Both the position numbers and the translations under genes were made by a program. The notes under the pieces are model-generated. The model had not been told where the DNA came from and did not search any database. It saw only the letters and a list, made by a program, of their open reading frames with translations. Below, piece by piece: positions 48,261 to 58,607 of a stretch of DNA of 64,000 nt (position 1 is the first letter of the stretch; each line of letters starts with the position of its first letter). The stretch is from Candidatus Woesearchaeota archaeon (GTDB lineage Archaea; Nanobdellota; Nanobdellia; SCGC-AAA011-G17; PNOQ01): positions 14,969 through 78,968 of the forward strand of contig CAZQVG010000001.1 in assembly GCA_964596705.1 (NCBI GenBank). Reading direction: 5' to 3'.

Positions 48261-50570
48261 TTATGGATAGTTAAATAATGAGGTTTGAGTAGAACCTTTA
48301 ATTAAATCCTCAAATTTTGTGTTAAAAAAAGATAATACAGTATCTGCTATTGGTTTTATTTGTTTTTCTATGTAATGATCGTAATCAATTTTGTGCTTCT
48401 GATTTTGGATTGGTTCTGGACCCTCGGTTGTTATGTAATATTCTATTGTGCTCGATTCTATTTTTTTCAGTTTTCTTGCCGCTTTTACATGAGGGGGGGT
48501 TGTTTTTGTATAGTCCTCTACAGATTTTCTTAAAGATTTTTTATATACTAATTCTTTATCATATTTCCCAGATTTGATATCTTCAACAAATTTTTTGATG
48601 AATTTTGTAGGGTCTTCATTGTGGAAAATTTTATTATACAATTCTTTTTGAAAGATTTTTGCTGCTTCTGTCCAATCTGAACGTACAGTTTCTAATCCCA
48701 CGAATTCTATTTGTTCTTTATTTCCTTTTTTTAGTAAGCCTGCATACCTCTTCTTAGCACCAACTTCCCCGCCACGAATTTTAGGCATTAAGAATTTTAT
48801 GTAGCATTTCTCATATTCTAATTCAAGGTAACTTTGTCGGTTATATCTCTTCTTTATTGTTTCTTTGTAATATTTGTTTATTTCTTTCTCTAGTTTTTTA
48901 CCAGTCTTCTCTGCCTTTTCATAAGAATCTAGTTTTGTATTTACAAATACAGAATCTGTATCTGAGTATATTACTTCATGTCCTTTGTCTTCTATTAAAT
49001 GTGCAGTCTGTTTTATTAATTCTTGTCCGAAATGAGTTATTGCATTTGCAATTTTTATATTATAAAATCTACACATTGGATTTGCAAGAACTCCAAAAAA
49101 TGAGTTCATCAATATTTTTATTGCATACCTTGCCAATTCATTTTTCTGTTTTCTTGCTTTTTCTCTAGAGGCCCAAAGGTTCTGGATGATTTGAGGAAGT
49201 ATCCCCTCTTTATTATCAAAATATGCTTTATTTGGAGATTCTATTGCTCCTTTTTTCTTTTTTTCAAGGTATGAAGCAGGATCTATATTGAAAGTTCTTA
49301 TAACAGAAGGATATAGAGATTTGAAATCGAGAACAATTAAATTATTATACAATCCTGGTTTTGATTGCATTACATAGCCCCCTTTTATTCTAGTTTCTCT
49401 TTCAGGATTTAGTATTGTTGGACAAACTAATTTTCTTTTTCTTGCTTCTTGTAAATATAAGAAATCTAAGGATGCTATAGAAGAGTTTACTTTATCTAGA
49501 CTCATGCCAGTTAAAAGGGACCTTTGAATAGCTAAATTGACTAAATCTGCTTCTGTTATTATTTTATATGCTAGTTCTGCATCTAAAAGATTATATTTTA
49601 TTAAATTTTTAGGATCTTCTTTGTATAGTCTATCTATTTCTTCATATTTTTCAATTCCAGTAGCAGTTATTAGTTTTCTTTTTCCAAGCAGCTCTTCTGC
49701 AGCATTGTCTAATTTGTAACTATCTAATTTTATGAATGAAGATTTTGTTAAGTCTATTCCATCTAAAACAACTCTGCCAGATATATCTGCTTTGCTTGTT
49801 CTAAAGAAATCTGATTCTATTCTTAGTTTAGATAAGGTGTTGTCCCTTCCAAGATTAAAGGGGATTTTATACTTCTTGAATCTATCTTTTAATAATTTTA
49901 AATCAAAATCAATAACGTTCCAACCAGTAATTATATCTGGATCAAAATCTAGTAATTCTTGTTTGAATTCTTCTAACAATTCTTCCTCTGTTTTGCATGA
50001 AATTGCATTAGGTATTTTTTTATCTGAAACAATAAAGGATTTTTTATAATCTTTAGAGTATGAAGAAATACAGTATATTTTATTTGTTTTTTTATCTGAT
50101 TCTATATCTATCGAGACTATCTTTAGGTTTTTTGGAGTGTAATTCGCAGGTTTTATTTCTGGATTTGTATATATCCTATCAATTTCTTCAGAGAGATCAT
50201 AATCTCCTTCTATATCTAATGACCCTTGAATGTTGTGGTCAATTAAGAATCTTAGGGGGTATCTTATGTCCGATTCATATGTTTTTATTTTAGAATGCTC
50301 AAATGAGGACCTTAAGGTTGGAACCTCTTTAGGAGAATCCAAGATTATTTTTGTAACAGGTTCTTTGTTAAATGTAGTTAGGTCTGTTTCTTCATATTCA
50401 AAATCATCGATATTTTTAGCTTTTTTTAGATCTTTTGTTTTAATAAAGAAATAAGGTTTAAATTCATTTATTGTTAAAAAAGATTGCCCATTTTCCAGTC
50501 TTCCATATAACAAGACACAAGATTTTCCAGAAATTATTTTGTAAGTTGAATAAATGATGAATCCTTTCAT
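48261..50570 (-). CDS. polB: Family B DNA polymerase, bacterial Pol II-like
   Basis: Exo I DIE, DFKSLYPS, KILMNSFFG, YSDTDS, KKRYAG, GLETVRSDWT and PPHVKAAR motifs. Confidence 0.93.
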   Translation of the reverse strand: MKGFIIYSTYKIISGKSCVLLYGRLENGQSFLTINEFKPYFFIKTKDLKKAKNIDDFEYEETDLTTFNKEPVTKIILDSPKEVPTLRSSFEHSKIKTYESDIRYPLRFLIDHNIQGSLDIEGDYDLSEEIDRIYTNPEIKPANYTPKNLKIVSIDIESDKKTNKIYCISSYSKDYKKSFIVSDKKIPNAISCKTEEELLEEFKQELLDFDPDIITGWNVIDFDLKLLKDRFKKYKIPFNLGRDNTLSKLRIESDFFRTSKADISGRVVLDGIDLTKSSFIKLDSYKLDNAAEELLGKRKLITATGIEKYEEIDRLYKEDPKNLIKYNLLDAELAYKIITEADLVNLAIQRSLLTGMSLDKVNSSIASLDFLYLQEARKRKLVCPTILNPERETRIKGGYVMQSKPGLYNNLIVLDFKSLYPSVIRTFNIDPASYLEKKKKGAIESPNKAYFDNKEGILPQIIQNLWASREKARKQKNELARYAIKILMNSFFGVLANPMCRFYNIKIANAITHFGQELIKQTAHLIEDKGHEVIYSDTDSVFVNTKLDSYEKAEKTGKKLEKEINKYYKETIKKRYNRQSYLELEYEKCYIKFLMPKIRGGEVGAKKRYAGLLKKGNKEQIEFVGLETVRSDWTEAAKIFQKELYNKIFHNEDPTKFIKKFVEDIKSGKYDKELVYKKSLRKSVEDYTKTTPPHVKAARKLKKIESSTIEYYITTEGPEPIQNQKHKIDYDHYIEKQIKPIADTVLSFFNTKFEDLIKGSTQTSLFNYP

Positions 50571-50622
50571 ATTATTTATTTTATTGGTTAGGTTTTTAAA
50601 TGTTTATTATCTAATAAATTTT

Positions 50623-51486
50623 ATGGATGATTGGGTAAAAGCAGGAGAGCTTGCTTCTGAAGCAAGAAATTTTGGAGAAAAACTAGTAAAAGAAGGTGCT
50701 TCATGTAGAGAGGTTACTGAGAAAATTGAATCTAAAATCTTAGAGCTTGGGGGAGAATTGGCTTTTCCTGTTCAGCTTTCTGTGAATAATATTGCAGCAC
50801 ATTATAGTGCAAGATTGAATGAAGATTTTAATTTTAAAGAAGGGGATGTTGTAAAATTAGATTTGGGTGTGCATATCAAAGGGGCGATTGGAGATACTGC
50901 GGTAACCATTGATTTAGGGAATAATAAAAAACTTTTAGATGCTAGTAAAAATGCATTAAATGCTGCACTTGAAATAGCAAAACCTGGGGTTGAAGTTAGA
51001 GAGATTGGAAAGGTCATTTATGAAGAAATTACTTCTTTAGGTTTTCAACCAATAAGGAATCTTGGGGGCCATGGTTTAGAAAGGTGGCAAATCCATACTG
51101 CACCAAGCATCCCAAATTTTGATAATGGAGATAAAACTAAATTAAAGAAAGGCCAGATCATTGCAATTGAGCCGTTTGCGAGTAGTGGAGAGGGATTAGT
51201 AAAGGAAGGAAAACCCTCTGAAATATATAATATTGAGAGTATAAAGAATGTAAGGGATACCAATGCAAGAAAGATCTTTAAATTTGTAAGTGAAAAATAT
51301 AAAACATTGCCTTTTGCTAAAAGACAGTTGCCTTTTAATAAACTCCAATTGTCTGTTGGATTGAATGTTCTAAAAAGGGAAAAAATTTTATATGAATATC
51401 CGGTTTTGCCTGAAAAGAGAGATGATTGTTTAGTTAGCCAACATGAGCATACTTTGATTGTTGGTGAAAAAATAACTACAGAATGA
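50623..51486 (+). CDS. map: Methionine aminopeptidase type II
   Basis: AAHY, KLDLGVH..G.IGDTA, NLGGH, AIEPF and SQHEHT motifs; likely start MDDW. Confidence 0.95.
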   Translation: MDDWVKAGELASEARNFGEKLVKEGASCREVTEKIESKILELGGELAFPVQLSVNNIAAHYSARLNEDFNFKEGDVVKLDLGVHIKGAIGDTAVTIDLGNNKKLLDASKNALNAALEIAKPGVEVREIGKVIYEEITSLGFQPIRNLGGHGLERWQIHTAPSIPNFDNGDKTKLKKGQIIAIEPFASSGEGLVKEGKPSEIYNIESIKNVRDTNARKIFKFVSEKYKTLPFAKRQLPFNKLQLSVGLNVLKREKILYEYPVLPEKRDDCLVSQHEHTLIVGEKITTE

Positions 51487-52412
51487 AATTCAAATCTAAA
51501 ATATTTTTGGCACCTATGGCAGATGTAACTGAAGCTGCTTTTAGAATTTTATGTTCTAAATATGGTGCAGGGTTAACATATACAGAAATGATTTCTAGCA
51601 CCGCTTTAGCAAGAAATGAAAAAAACAAGTTATTTGATGTGAAAGAAATAGAAAAGCCTATTGCAGTACAATTAATGGGAAATAATTTAAAAGATATAAA
51701 AAAGGCAGTTGAAATTGTGCAAGATAAAGTCGATCTAATTGATTTCAATATGGGTTGCCCTATGAAAAAAATTGTTGAGAATGGTGCAGGGGCAGCATTA
51801 TTAAAAAACCCTGAAAAGGTTAGAAAGATTGTTAGGGTTTTGGTTGAGAGCAGTGAAAAACCTGTTTCAATAAAGATTAGATCTGGGTGGGATGCAAAAT
51901 CAATAAATGCTTTAGAAATCGCAAAGATAATTGAAGAAGAAGGAGCATCTATGATCACAATTCACCCAAAAACAAGATCTCAAATTAGATCTGGAAGTGC
52001 AGATTGGAGTTTAATAAAAAAAATAAAAGAAGAAGTTAATATTCCAGTTATAGGCAATGGAGAAGTAAAAACTCCTGAAGATGTGAAAAGGATGTTTGAT
52101 GAAACTGGTTGCGATTATGTGATGATTGGAAGAGCAGCTTCAAAAAATCCATATATTTTCAAGCAGGCTAAAGAATACCTAAAAGATGGAAAGTATGGTG
52201 AAGTAGATAAAAAAAAGATTTTAGAGGAATATCTAAAATTGGCTGAAAGATATAACTCTGATCTAAAATATATTAAGCTGCACGTTATTTATATGACTCG
52301 GGGGTTTGAAGGAAGTTCTAGATTAAGAGCAAAAATTTCTAGATTAAAAACAATAAAAGAAATAAAAGAGGTTGTTAGAGATATTATTATCCCATATAAC
52401 TCATCTCTTTAA
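51483..52412 (+). CDS. dus: tRNA-dihydrouridine synthase
   Basis: LAPMA, YTEMI, DFNMGCP, KIRSG, GNGEV and MIGRAA motifs. Confidence 0.92.
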   Translation: MKFKSKIFLAPMADVTEAAFRILCSKYGAGLTYTEMISSTALARNEKNKLFDVKEIEKPIAVQLMGNNLKDIKKAVEIVQDKVDLIDFNMGCPMKKIVENGAGAALLKNPEKVRKIVRVLVESSEKPVSIKIRSGWDAKSINALEIAKIIEEEGASMITIHPKTRSQIRSGSADWSLIKKIKEEVNIPVIGNGEVKTPEDVKRMFDETGCDYVMIGRAASKNPYIFKQAKEYLKDGKYGEVDKKKILEEYLKLAERYNSDLKYIKLHVIYMTRGFEGSSRLRAKISRLKTIKEIKEVVRDIIIPYNSSL

Positions 52413-54690
52413 TTGCTGCCCCTCTTGCTGTACGAAGGAATTGTTCCTCTATTCTTTTGTATTTTTCCATATCTTTCTCTGTTACGGATGCATAAACTTT
52501 CTTTAATGCTTCTTCGAAATGTTTCATTTTTACTTCAGTTGCCTTAATGTTTTCTCTTAATGCAAGCATTGCAGCCTCTCTACATAATGCTGCAAGATCT
52601 GATCCTGTGAAATATTCTGTTTTTTCTGCTAATTTGGTTAGACTTACATCTTTCGTCAAAGGCATTGATTTTGTGTGCACCTCTAATATCTTCTTTCTTG
52701 ACTTTTTATCTGGGATTGGGGCCATCATTATCCTATCAAATCTTCCAGGCCTTAATAATGCAGGATCAATTAGGTCTGGCCTATTTGTTGCTGCTATAAC
52801 TACGACGTCATTTAACTCTTCTAACCCATCCATCTCAGTCAATAATTGATTTACCATTCTTTCAGTTGCTTTTGATCCAACATCTTGTCCCCTTATTGAA
52901 GCGATGGAATCTATTTCATCAAAGAAAATTATTGTAGGGGATGCTTGTCTTGCCTTTTCAAATATTTTCCTTATTCCTTTTTCAGATTCTCCTATCCACA
53001 TAGATATCAGCTCTGGTCCCTTAACAGATATAAAGTTAGCTTCTGCTTCATTAGCAACTGCTTTTGCCAATAGAGTTTTACCTGTACCTGGAGGGCCGTA
53101 TAACAATACTCCTTTTGGTGCCTTAATTCCTAATCTCTTAAATGCATCTGCATGTTTAAGTGGCCATTCCACAACTTCTTGTAACTCTTGTTTTATTTTA
53201 TCTAATCCACCTATATCTTCCCAATTAACATTTGGTTTCTCCACTAAAACCTCTCTCATTGCAGAAGGTCTTACTAATTTCAATGATTCTCTGAAATCTT
53301 CTTCGGTTATTCGTAATTTTGATAAAAATTCTTTAGGAACCTCTTCTTTATCTTTTAGATTTAATTTAGGTAGGTTCCTCCTTAAGACATTCATTGCAGC
53401 TTCTTTTGCCAATGCTTGTAAATCTGCACCGACAAATCCATGAGTAATCCTTGCAATTTCTTCTAAATCAACATTTTTGTCTAGAGGCATATTTCTTGTA
53501 TGAATTTTTAATATTTCTAGTCTGCCCTTTTGATCTGGTACACCAAAGGTGATTTCTCTATCAAACCTTCCTGGACGTCTTAATGCTTCATCTAAAGAGT
53601 TTGGACGGTTTGTTGCTCCAATTACAACTACGTTAGCCCTTTTATTTAAACCATCCATCATAGTCAATAGTTGTGCTACTACCCTACGTTCTACTTCTCC
53701 GTGAGTTTCTTCTCTTTTTGGTGCAATTGCATCTATTTCATCTATAAAAATTATAGAAGGTGCTTTTTCTGCAGCTTCTTCAAATATTTGTCTAATTCTC
53801 TTTTCAGATTCTCCATAAAACTTATTCATAATTTCCGGTCCGTTAACCAAGATAAAGTTAGCTTCTGCTTCATTAGCAACTGCTTTTGCCAATAGAGTTT
53901 TACCTGTACCTGGAGGGCCGTGTAAAAGTACGCCTGCAGGAGGTTCAATACCTAAAGTTCTGAATATCTCTGGATGTTTCATTGGAAGCTCTACCATTTC
54001 TCTAATTTTCTTTATTTCCTCAGACAATCCTCCGATATCTTCATAAGTAACATCTGGTACAGGAGCTTCTTCTGAAACTTCCATTGCTTTTGGATTTAAT
54101 TTCAAGGAGGTGTTTTCTGTGATTATGATTGGTCCACTTGGATTAGAATCTGCTACAACAAATTTTATAGAACCAATTGTACCCATAAATCCAGTACTCA
54201 TGCCTTCCATAATACTTTCAAATTGTTCAAAAATCTCCTCAAATGGGCTGCCTGTTCGTCTAAATGTTTTCCTTCTTCTCGTTGTACCACCTAAAGAAAT
54301 TATATCTCCTTTAACAACAACTCTACCAAGCAAACTTCTCTTTATTGCTTCTGGATCTGCTTGAATCATTATACCTTTTTGAGAAGGAGCAATTGTGATC
54401 TTTTTTGCTTCTTTTACTTCTGTTTTTCTTACTTTAACTTGTTCTCCGATTCCAGTTTTTGCATTCCTTCTTAGAATCCCATCCATTCTAATGACAGGTT
54501 CTCCTACATCAGTAGGATATGCACGGTCTACAATTCCGACAGTTTTTCTTTTTCCTTCAATCTCAACTATATCGCCAGGTCTTACTCCAATTTCTTTCAT
54601 ATATTGAGAATCAATTCTAACTATTCCTTTGTATGCTTCTTCTTGCATTGCTTCCATTACCCTTAAATTAACTTCTTTATTTTTTGCCAT
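52387..54690 (-). CDS. cdc48: AAA ATPase Cdc48/VAT
   Basis: N-domain plus two AAA modules GPPGTGKT / DEID / RPGRFDR; C-terminal SYMG. Confidence 0.96.
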   Translation of the reverse strand: MAKNKEVNLRVMEAMQEEAYKGIVRIDSQYMKEIGVRPGDIVEIEGKRKTVGIVDRAYPTDVGEPVIRMDGILRRNAKTGIGEQVKVRKTEVKEAKKITIAPSQKGIMIQADPEAIKRSLLGRVVVKGDIISLGGTTRRRKTFRRTGSPFEEIFEQFESIMEGMSTGFMGTIGSIKFVVADSNPSGPIIITENTSLKLNPKAMEVSEEAPVPDVTYEDIGGLSEEIKKIREMVELPMKHPEIFRTLGIEPPAGVLLHGPPGTGKTLLAKAVANEAEANFILVNGPEIMNKFYGESEKRIRQIFEEAAEKAPSIIFIDEIDAIAPKREETHGEVERRVVAQLLTMMDGLNKRANVVVIGATNRPNSLDEALRRPGRFDREITFGVPDQKGRLEILKIHTRNMPLDKNVDLEEIARITHGFVGADLQALAKEAAMNVLRRNLPKLNLKDKEEVPKEFLSKLRITEEDFRESLKLVRPSAMREVLVEKPNVNWEDIGGLDKIKQELQEVVEWPLKHADAFKRLGIKAPKGVLLYGPPGTGKTLLAKAVANEAEANFISVKGPELISMWIGESEKGIRKIFEKARQASPTIIFFDEIDSIASIRGQDVGSKATERMVNQLLTEMDGLEELNDVVVIAATNRPDLIDPALLRPGRFDRIMMAPIPDKKSRKKILEVHTKSMPLTKDVSLTKLAEKTEYFTGSDLAALCREAAMLALRENIKATEVKMKHFEEALKKVYASVTEKDMEKYKRIEEQFLRTARGAAIKEMSYMG
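53030..53921. repeat. 70-bp perfect direct repeat within cdc48 (Walker A regions of D2 and D1)
   Basis: 53030-53099 is identical to 53852-53921. Confidence 0.95.
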
Positions 54691-54692
54691 TT

Positions 54693-55052
54693 TTATTCCT
54701 CCAAAAATTTTCTAAAGTATAAACTAAGCTTTCCCGGTGCTTCCAATGAAAGCCTCAATATTTTATCTACCTCTTTTTCTAATTGAGCAAACCTCTCTTC
54801 AAAATCAATTATTTCACGGGGGATGGTTACTGAAAAACTATTGCCTACCATCCTTAATTTAACATTAAACGTTCTTTTCTTGAGACTCTTAAACTCTTCA
54901 TACTCTTTAAGATCTATTGGATGATACCACCTTTGTTTACATTTTGGACACTCAAAAAATCTCAATCTAAATCCGTCCCTTAATTGATAACTTTTCTTTG
55001 TTTTTACATTACATTTATTACAATATACTTCTGCATCAAACAAATCTTTCAT
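54693..55052 (-). CDS. Zn-ribbon plus AbrB/SpoVT-like DNA-binding protein
   Basis: CNKC...CPKC, then VKLRMVGNSFSVTIPREI; likely start MKDLF; 2 nt upstream of cdc48. Confidence 0.75.
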   Translation of the reverse strand: MKDLFDAEVYCNKCNVKTKKSYQLRDGFRLRFFECPKCKQRWYHPIDLKEYEEFKSLKKRTFNVKLRMVGNSFSVTIPREIIDFEERFAQLEKEVDKILRLSLEAPGKLSLYFRKFLEE

Positions 55053-55175
55053 TTTCGTATACACATTATGTATATACATCTTGTATATAAATGTTTTGGT
55101 TTTTATAAACCCCCATTCAAAACATTTAAAAATCAAAAAATCAAAATTAGAATATAAATTTAAAGGAGGTAAAAA

Positions 55176-55508
55176 ATGGCAAAGAAGGGAAATAGCACAG
55201 TTGGCAGTTGGGCATTCTTGCTTGGTGTTATATTAGCAGTAATTTTAGCGTTTGTAGGAAGTTTAGCTTCTTTAGCATGGTTATTAGTGCTTTTGGGTAT
55301 AATTATTGGTTTATTCAACATTAGTGCAAAGGAAACACAAAGATTTTTGTTTGCAGGGACAGTATTAGTTATTGTAGGTGCATTTGCAGGAAGTACTTTA
55401 TCTAGCATCATGTATTTAACTGGAATATTTAGCAACTTAGTTGCATTATTTGCACCAGCAACAATCGTAGTTGCCCTTAAATCTGTGTTTGAAATTGCAA
55501 GAAGATAA
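55176..55508 (+). CDS. Small four-TM membrane protein
   Basis: Strong SD AAGGAGGT; WAF..G...G..NI...E..F...APA...VALK pattern. Confidence 0.8.
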   Translation: MAKKGNSTVGSWAFLLGVILAVILAFVGSLASLAWLLVLLGIIIGLFNISAKETQRFLFAGTVLVIVGAFAGSTLSSIMYLTGIFSNLVALFAPATIVVALKSVFEIARR

Positions 55509-55572
55509 TTCTTCTTCTTTATTTTTTTTATTTTAAGCAATTTTTTTAAAGTTCAATTACTTTCAATTTATA

Positions 55573-56211
55573 ATGATTAGTTCGCGAGACAAAAATTTCG
55601 ATAGTTTCTTAGGTGGAGGATTTAAAGAAAATATTTATCTTGTATTTGGACCATCTGCCACTGGAAAAACAACTTTATGCTTGCAATCTGCATTAAATTC
55701 TATTGAACAAAATAAAAAGATTTTGTTTGTTGATTGTGAAGGGGGTTTTTCTATTGAAAGGATAAGGCAAATGAAAAAAGAGTTTGATGCAGAAATTTTA
55801 AATAATTTGATAGTTATTCGGCTAAACGATTTTGATCAACAGTATAAATTTTTCCAAGATTTAGAAAAAATAATTGAAGAAGGGGATTTCGATTTTTTAA
55901 TAATTGATACAATTGGAAAACATTATCGGAAAGAAATCCAAGAAAATAATCACTTGGAAATAAATGAAAAGATGGTAACGATGTTGAGGAGCCTAAAACA
56001 TATAAAGATCAATAGAAATATCCCTATTCTAATGACAAATCAAGTTTACAGTGATTTAGAAGGAAATATAAAAAATGTTGGTGGAAAGATGATAGAAAAT
56101 TTTGGAGAAGTTATAGTTGAATTAAAGAAAGATCCAAGGAAAGCCATAATGATGAAACCTGAAAAAAAAGAGATTTATTTTAAGATAACAGAATTAGGAA
56201 TTGTTGTTTGA
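55573..56211 (+). CDS. radB: RadB-like RecA-family ATPase
   Basis: GPSATGKTT, VDCEGGFS.ER, IIDTI..HYR and TNQVY motifs; no N-terminal RadA domain. Confidence 0.8.
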   Translation: MISSRDKNFDSFLGGGFKENIYLVFGPSATGKTTLCLQSALNSIEQNKKILFVDCEGGFSIERIRQMKKEFDAEILNNLIVIRLNDFDQQYKFFQDLEKIIEEGDFDFLIIDTIGKHYRKEIQENNHLEINEKMVTMLRSLKHIKINRNIPILMTNQVYSDLEGNIKNVGGKMIENFGEVIVELKKDPRKAIMMKPEKKEIYFKITELGIVV

Positions 56212-58263
56212 ATTATTTTTCCAATTCTCTTTTTCCGGGCAATCTGGATTTAAACAAAGATTCCAAGGGCGTTTTCCTTTTCTTATTATTGTGACTATTG
56301 GGAAACCATCATGTTTGCACAATTTGTCTGTGGGCTTAACCAACCCTTGTTGAGGCAAACTATAGGTGGTCTTACAATCTGGATATCTATCACAAGCCAC
56401 AAATCGTTTTTTTGTTTTTTTAGAGTATATTATTCTTAATGTTCCTTTTTTACAAACAGGACAGACCCCAATTTCATTTGCTTTTTGTTTTGCTTCTTTT
56501 GATGCTTCTGAAAGATCTGCACCTATTTCTTTTTCGTGTTTCTTGAATTTATCTAAAATTTTTGTAAGAACCTTTTTTGCGTTCTCAATCACTTTTTCTT
56601 TTTTTAATTTTCCTTCCCTTATCTCTTCCATGTCTGCTTCAAATTCCCTGGTTAGTTTTTCATCTATTATCTCTGGAGAATATTTTTTCAAAGTTCTAAT
56701 CAGTTTTATTCCAAGTTCTGTTGCTTCAATTGGTTGGTTTTGGATGTAATTTCTTTCATATAAAGTATCTAAAATTAATGCTCTTGTTGCTTTTGTTCCC
56801 AAATTTCTTTTTTCTAACTCTTTTATTATTGAAGCTTGAGTATATCTTTTTGGAGGTTGTGTTTCTTTATCTTCCTTGAATATCTTTTTTACATCTATTT
56901 CATCTCCTTCAATCATAATTGGTATTTCTTCTTCTTTGAATTTTGCGTATTTGCCATATAAGGTGTGCCATCCAGGTTCGATAGTTGTTGTTCCATTCAA
57001 TATGAAGATTTCTTTGTCGATTTCTAACTCTATAGAGGTGGTTTGTCTCTTTGCTGGTTCTCCGAATACTGCAAGAAAACGTCTAACAATTAAATCATAA
57101 AGTTGTGCTTTTTTTCCAGAAAGAGATGCTTTTTCACCTGTTGGGTAAATGGCTGGGTGTGCAGGATCTTTCTTTTTTCCCTCAGTTGGTTTTAAGTCTC
57201 CCTTTAGAAGTTGTTCGCATGAGCTGGAATATTCTTTTTGTTTTTGTAATTCTTTTAGAATCTTCTTAAAATCTATTGTATTGGGCAATTTTTGAGAGCT
57301 TGTTCTTGGATAAGAAATGAGTCCTGCAATGTATAACTCTTGAGCTAGATTTGAGGTATCTTTCGGAGTCAATCTTAGGTGTTTGAATGCCTCTGTTTGT
57401 AAAGTTGTAAGATCAAAAGGTACAGGAGGGGATTGTTTTGTTGTTCTTTTTTTGATGGATTTTGCTATTGCTTTTTTTGATTTTATTTTGTCTAATATTT
57501 TTTTTACTTTTTCTTCATCAAAAATTTTATCTTCTTTATGTTTAGCTAGAATTTTTTCTTTTTTATGTCTCCCATCTAAATAAATTTCCCAATATTTTTC
57601 AGGTTTGAATTTTTTTATTTCTTCTTCTCTATTTACAATTATATGCAATGCTGGACCTTGTACCCTACCTGTTGAAAGAACCTGAAAATAGCCTTGAGCA
57701 GATTTTATAGCAGAACTTAATGCTTTTGTAAGATTTATACCATAAAACCAATCTAGGTGATGTCTGGTTATTCCTGCATCTATCATTCCAAAATCAAGAT
57801 CTTTTTGTGCAGATTTATAGGATTGAACTAGTTCTTCTTTAGTTAGTGTTGAGAATTTCATACGTTTTGCATTATCTTTCCCCAACCCATATTTAACAAC
57901 AGTGTATCCTATTACAGAACCCTCTATATCATAATCTGTAGCAACAGTAATCGAATCTGTTTTTTTAGCTAATTGTTTTAATAAAGATAGATAAGCTTTG
58001 GTATAATTAGCAGATTTTTCAATTTCGTATTTTGGTTTCCAAGAAATATCAAAAGTTGGATATTCGGACCACGGAGTTTTTTTATTTTCTGTTAACCCAA
58101 ATAAATGACCGACTGCACAACCCACATAGATCTTTTTTCCTTTGTGGGTAATTTCATAATAAACTGCCTTGCCTTTTGTATTTTTTATTGGTTTATTGTC
58201 TGAGAGCGCAGTTGCTATTTTTAATGCCGCTTGTGGTTTTTCAGTGATTATTAATTCAGTCAT
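56194..58263 (-). CDS. topA: DNA topoisomerase IA
   Basis: IITEKP, ATDYDIEG, STGRVQ, ISYPRT and LGTKATR motifs; C-terminal Zn ribbons. Confidence 0.96.
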   Translation of the reverse strand: MTELIITEKPQAALKIATALSDNKPIKNTKGKAVYYEITHKGKKIYVGCAVGHLFGLTENKKTPWSEYPTFDISWKPKYEIEKSANYTKAYLSLLKQLAKKTDSITVATDYDIEGSVIGYTVVKYGLGKDNAKRMKFSTLTKEELVQSYKSAQKDLDFGMIDAGITRHHLDWFYGINLTKALSSAIKSAQGYFQVLSTGRVQGPALHIIVNREEEIKKFKPEKYWEIYLDGRHKKEKILAKHKEDKIFDEEKVKKILDKIKSKKAIAKSIKKRTTKQSPPVPFDLTTLQTEAFKHLRLTPKDTSNLAQELYIAGLISYPRTSSQKLPNTIDFKKILKELQKQKEYSSSCEQLLKGDLKPTEGKKKDPAHPAIYPTGEKASLSGKKAQLYDLIVRRFLAVFGEPAKRQTTSIELEIDKEIFILNGTTTIEPGWHTLYGKYAKFKEEEIPIMIEGDEIDVKKIFKEDKETQPPKRYTQASIIKELEKRNLGTKATRALILDTLYERNYIQNQPIEATELGIKLIRTLKKYSPEIIDEKLTREFEADMEEIREGKLKKEKVIENAKKVLTKILDKFKKHEKEIGADLSEASKEAKQKANEIGVCPVCKKGTLRIIYSKKTKKRFVACDRYPDCKTTYSLPQQGLVKPTDKLCKHDGFPIVTIIRKGKRPWNLCLNPDCPEKENWKNNSNNNS

Positions 58264-58332
58264 AAAGATAAATGCTCAAAGGTAGGTTATATAAATGTTT
58301 CTAAGTGAATCTTGCTGTAACAATTATATGGT

Positions 58333-58602
58333 TTATGCTTTTCTTTTTCTCTCAAATTGTTCTGCACACTCTTCTGAACAAAAGGTATACACCTCTCCAT
58401 CAAATTCTTTTTCTATGTGACTTCTTCCTAAGATTTGTTTACAATTGTCGCAGTATGCCATATCTGCATCGCTTTCATATCCCCTCATGAATCCTTCTTC
58501 ACCTTCCTCTATTTCATCATTCTCTGCTAATTCTTCTCTTGCCCCTTCTGCATATACATCGTAGTCTTCTTCTATTCCTTCCCCTAAAAATTCTTCATCC
58601 AT
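58333..58602 (-). CDS. Small acidic protein with TRASH/YHS-like metal-binding domain
   Basis: Acidic N-terminus; CDNC...DGEVYTFCSEEC. Confidence 0.75.
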   Translation of the reverse strand: MDEEFLGEGIEEDYDVYAEGAREELAENDEIEEGEEGFMRGYESDADMAYCDNCKQILGRSHIEKEFDGEVYTFCSEECAEQFERKRKA

Positions 58603-58607
58603 TTTAT

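Noticed and set aside
34042..50570. Inteins in MCM, RFC or PolB
   Set aside because: Protein lengths are normal, and no intein splice-junction or LAGLIDADG motifs interrupt the conserved blocks.
52904..53443. 179-aa plus-strand ORF and the many other antisense ORFs in the track
   Set aside because: They are shadows of well-conserved genes on the opposite strand, rich in F/S/L/I, with no recognisable motifs.
53030..53921. Diversity-generating retroelement TR/VR pair
   Set aside because: The copies are identical with no adenine-specific mismatches, lie in conserved catalytic motifs, and no reverse transcriptase is present.
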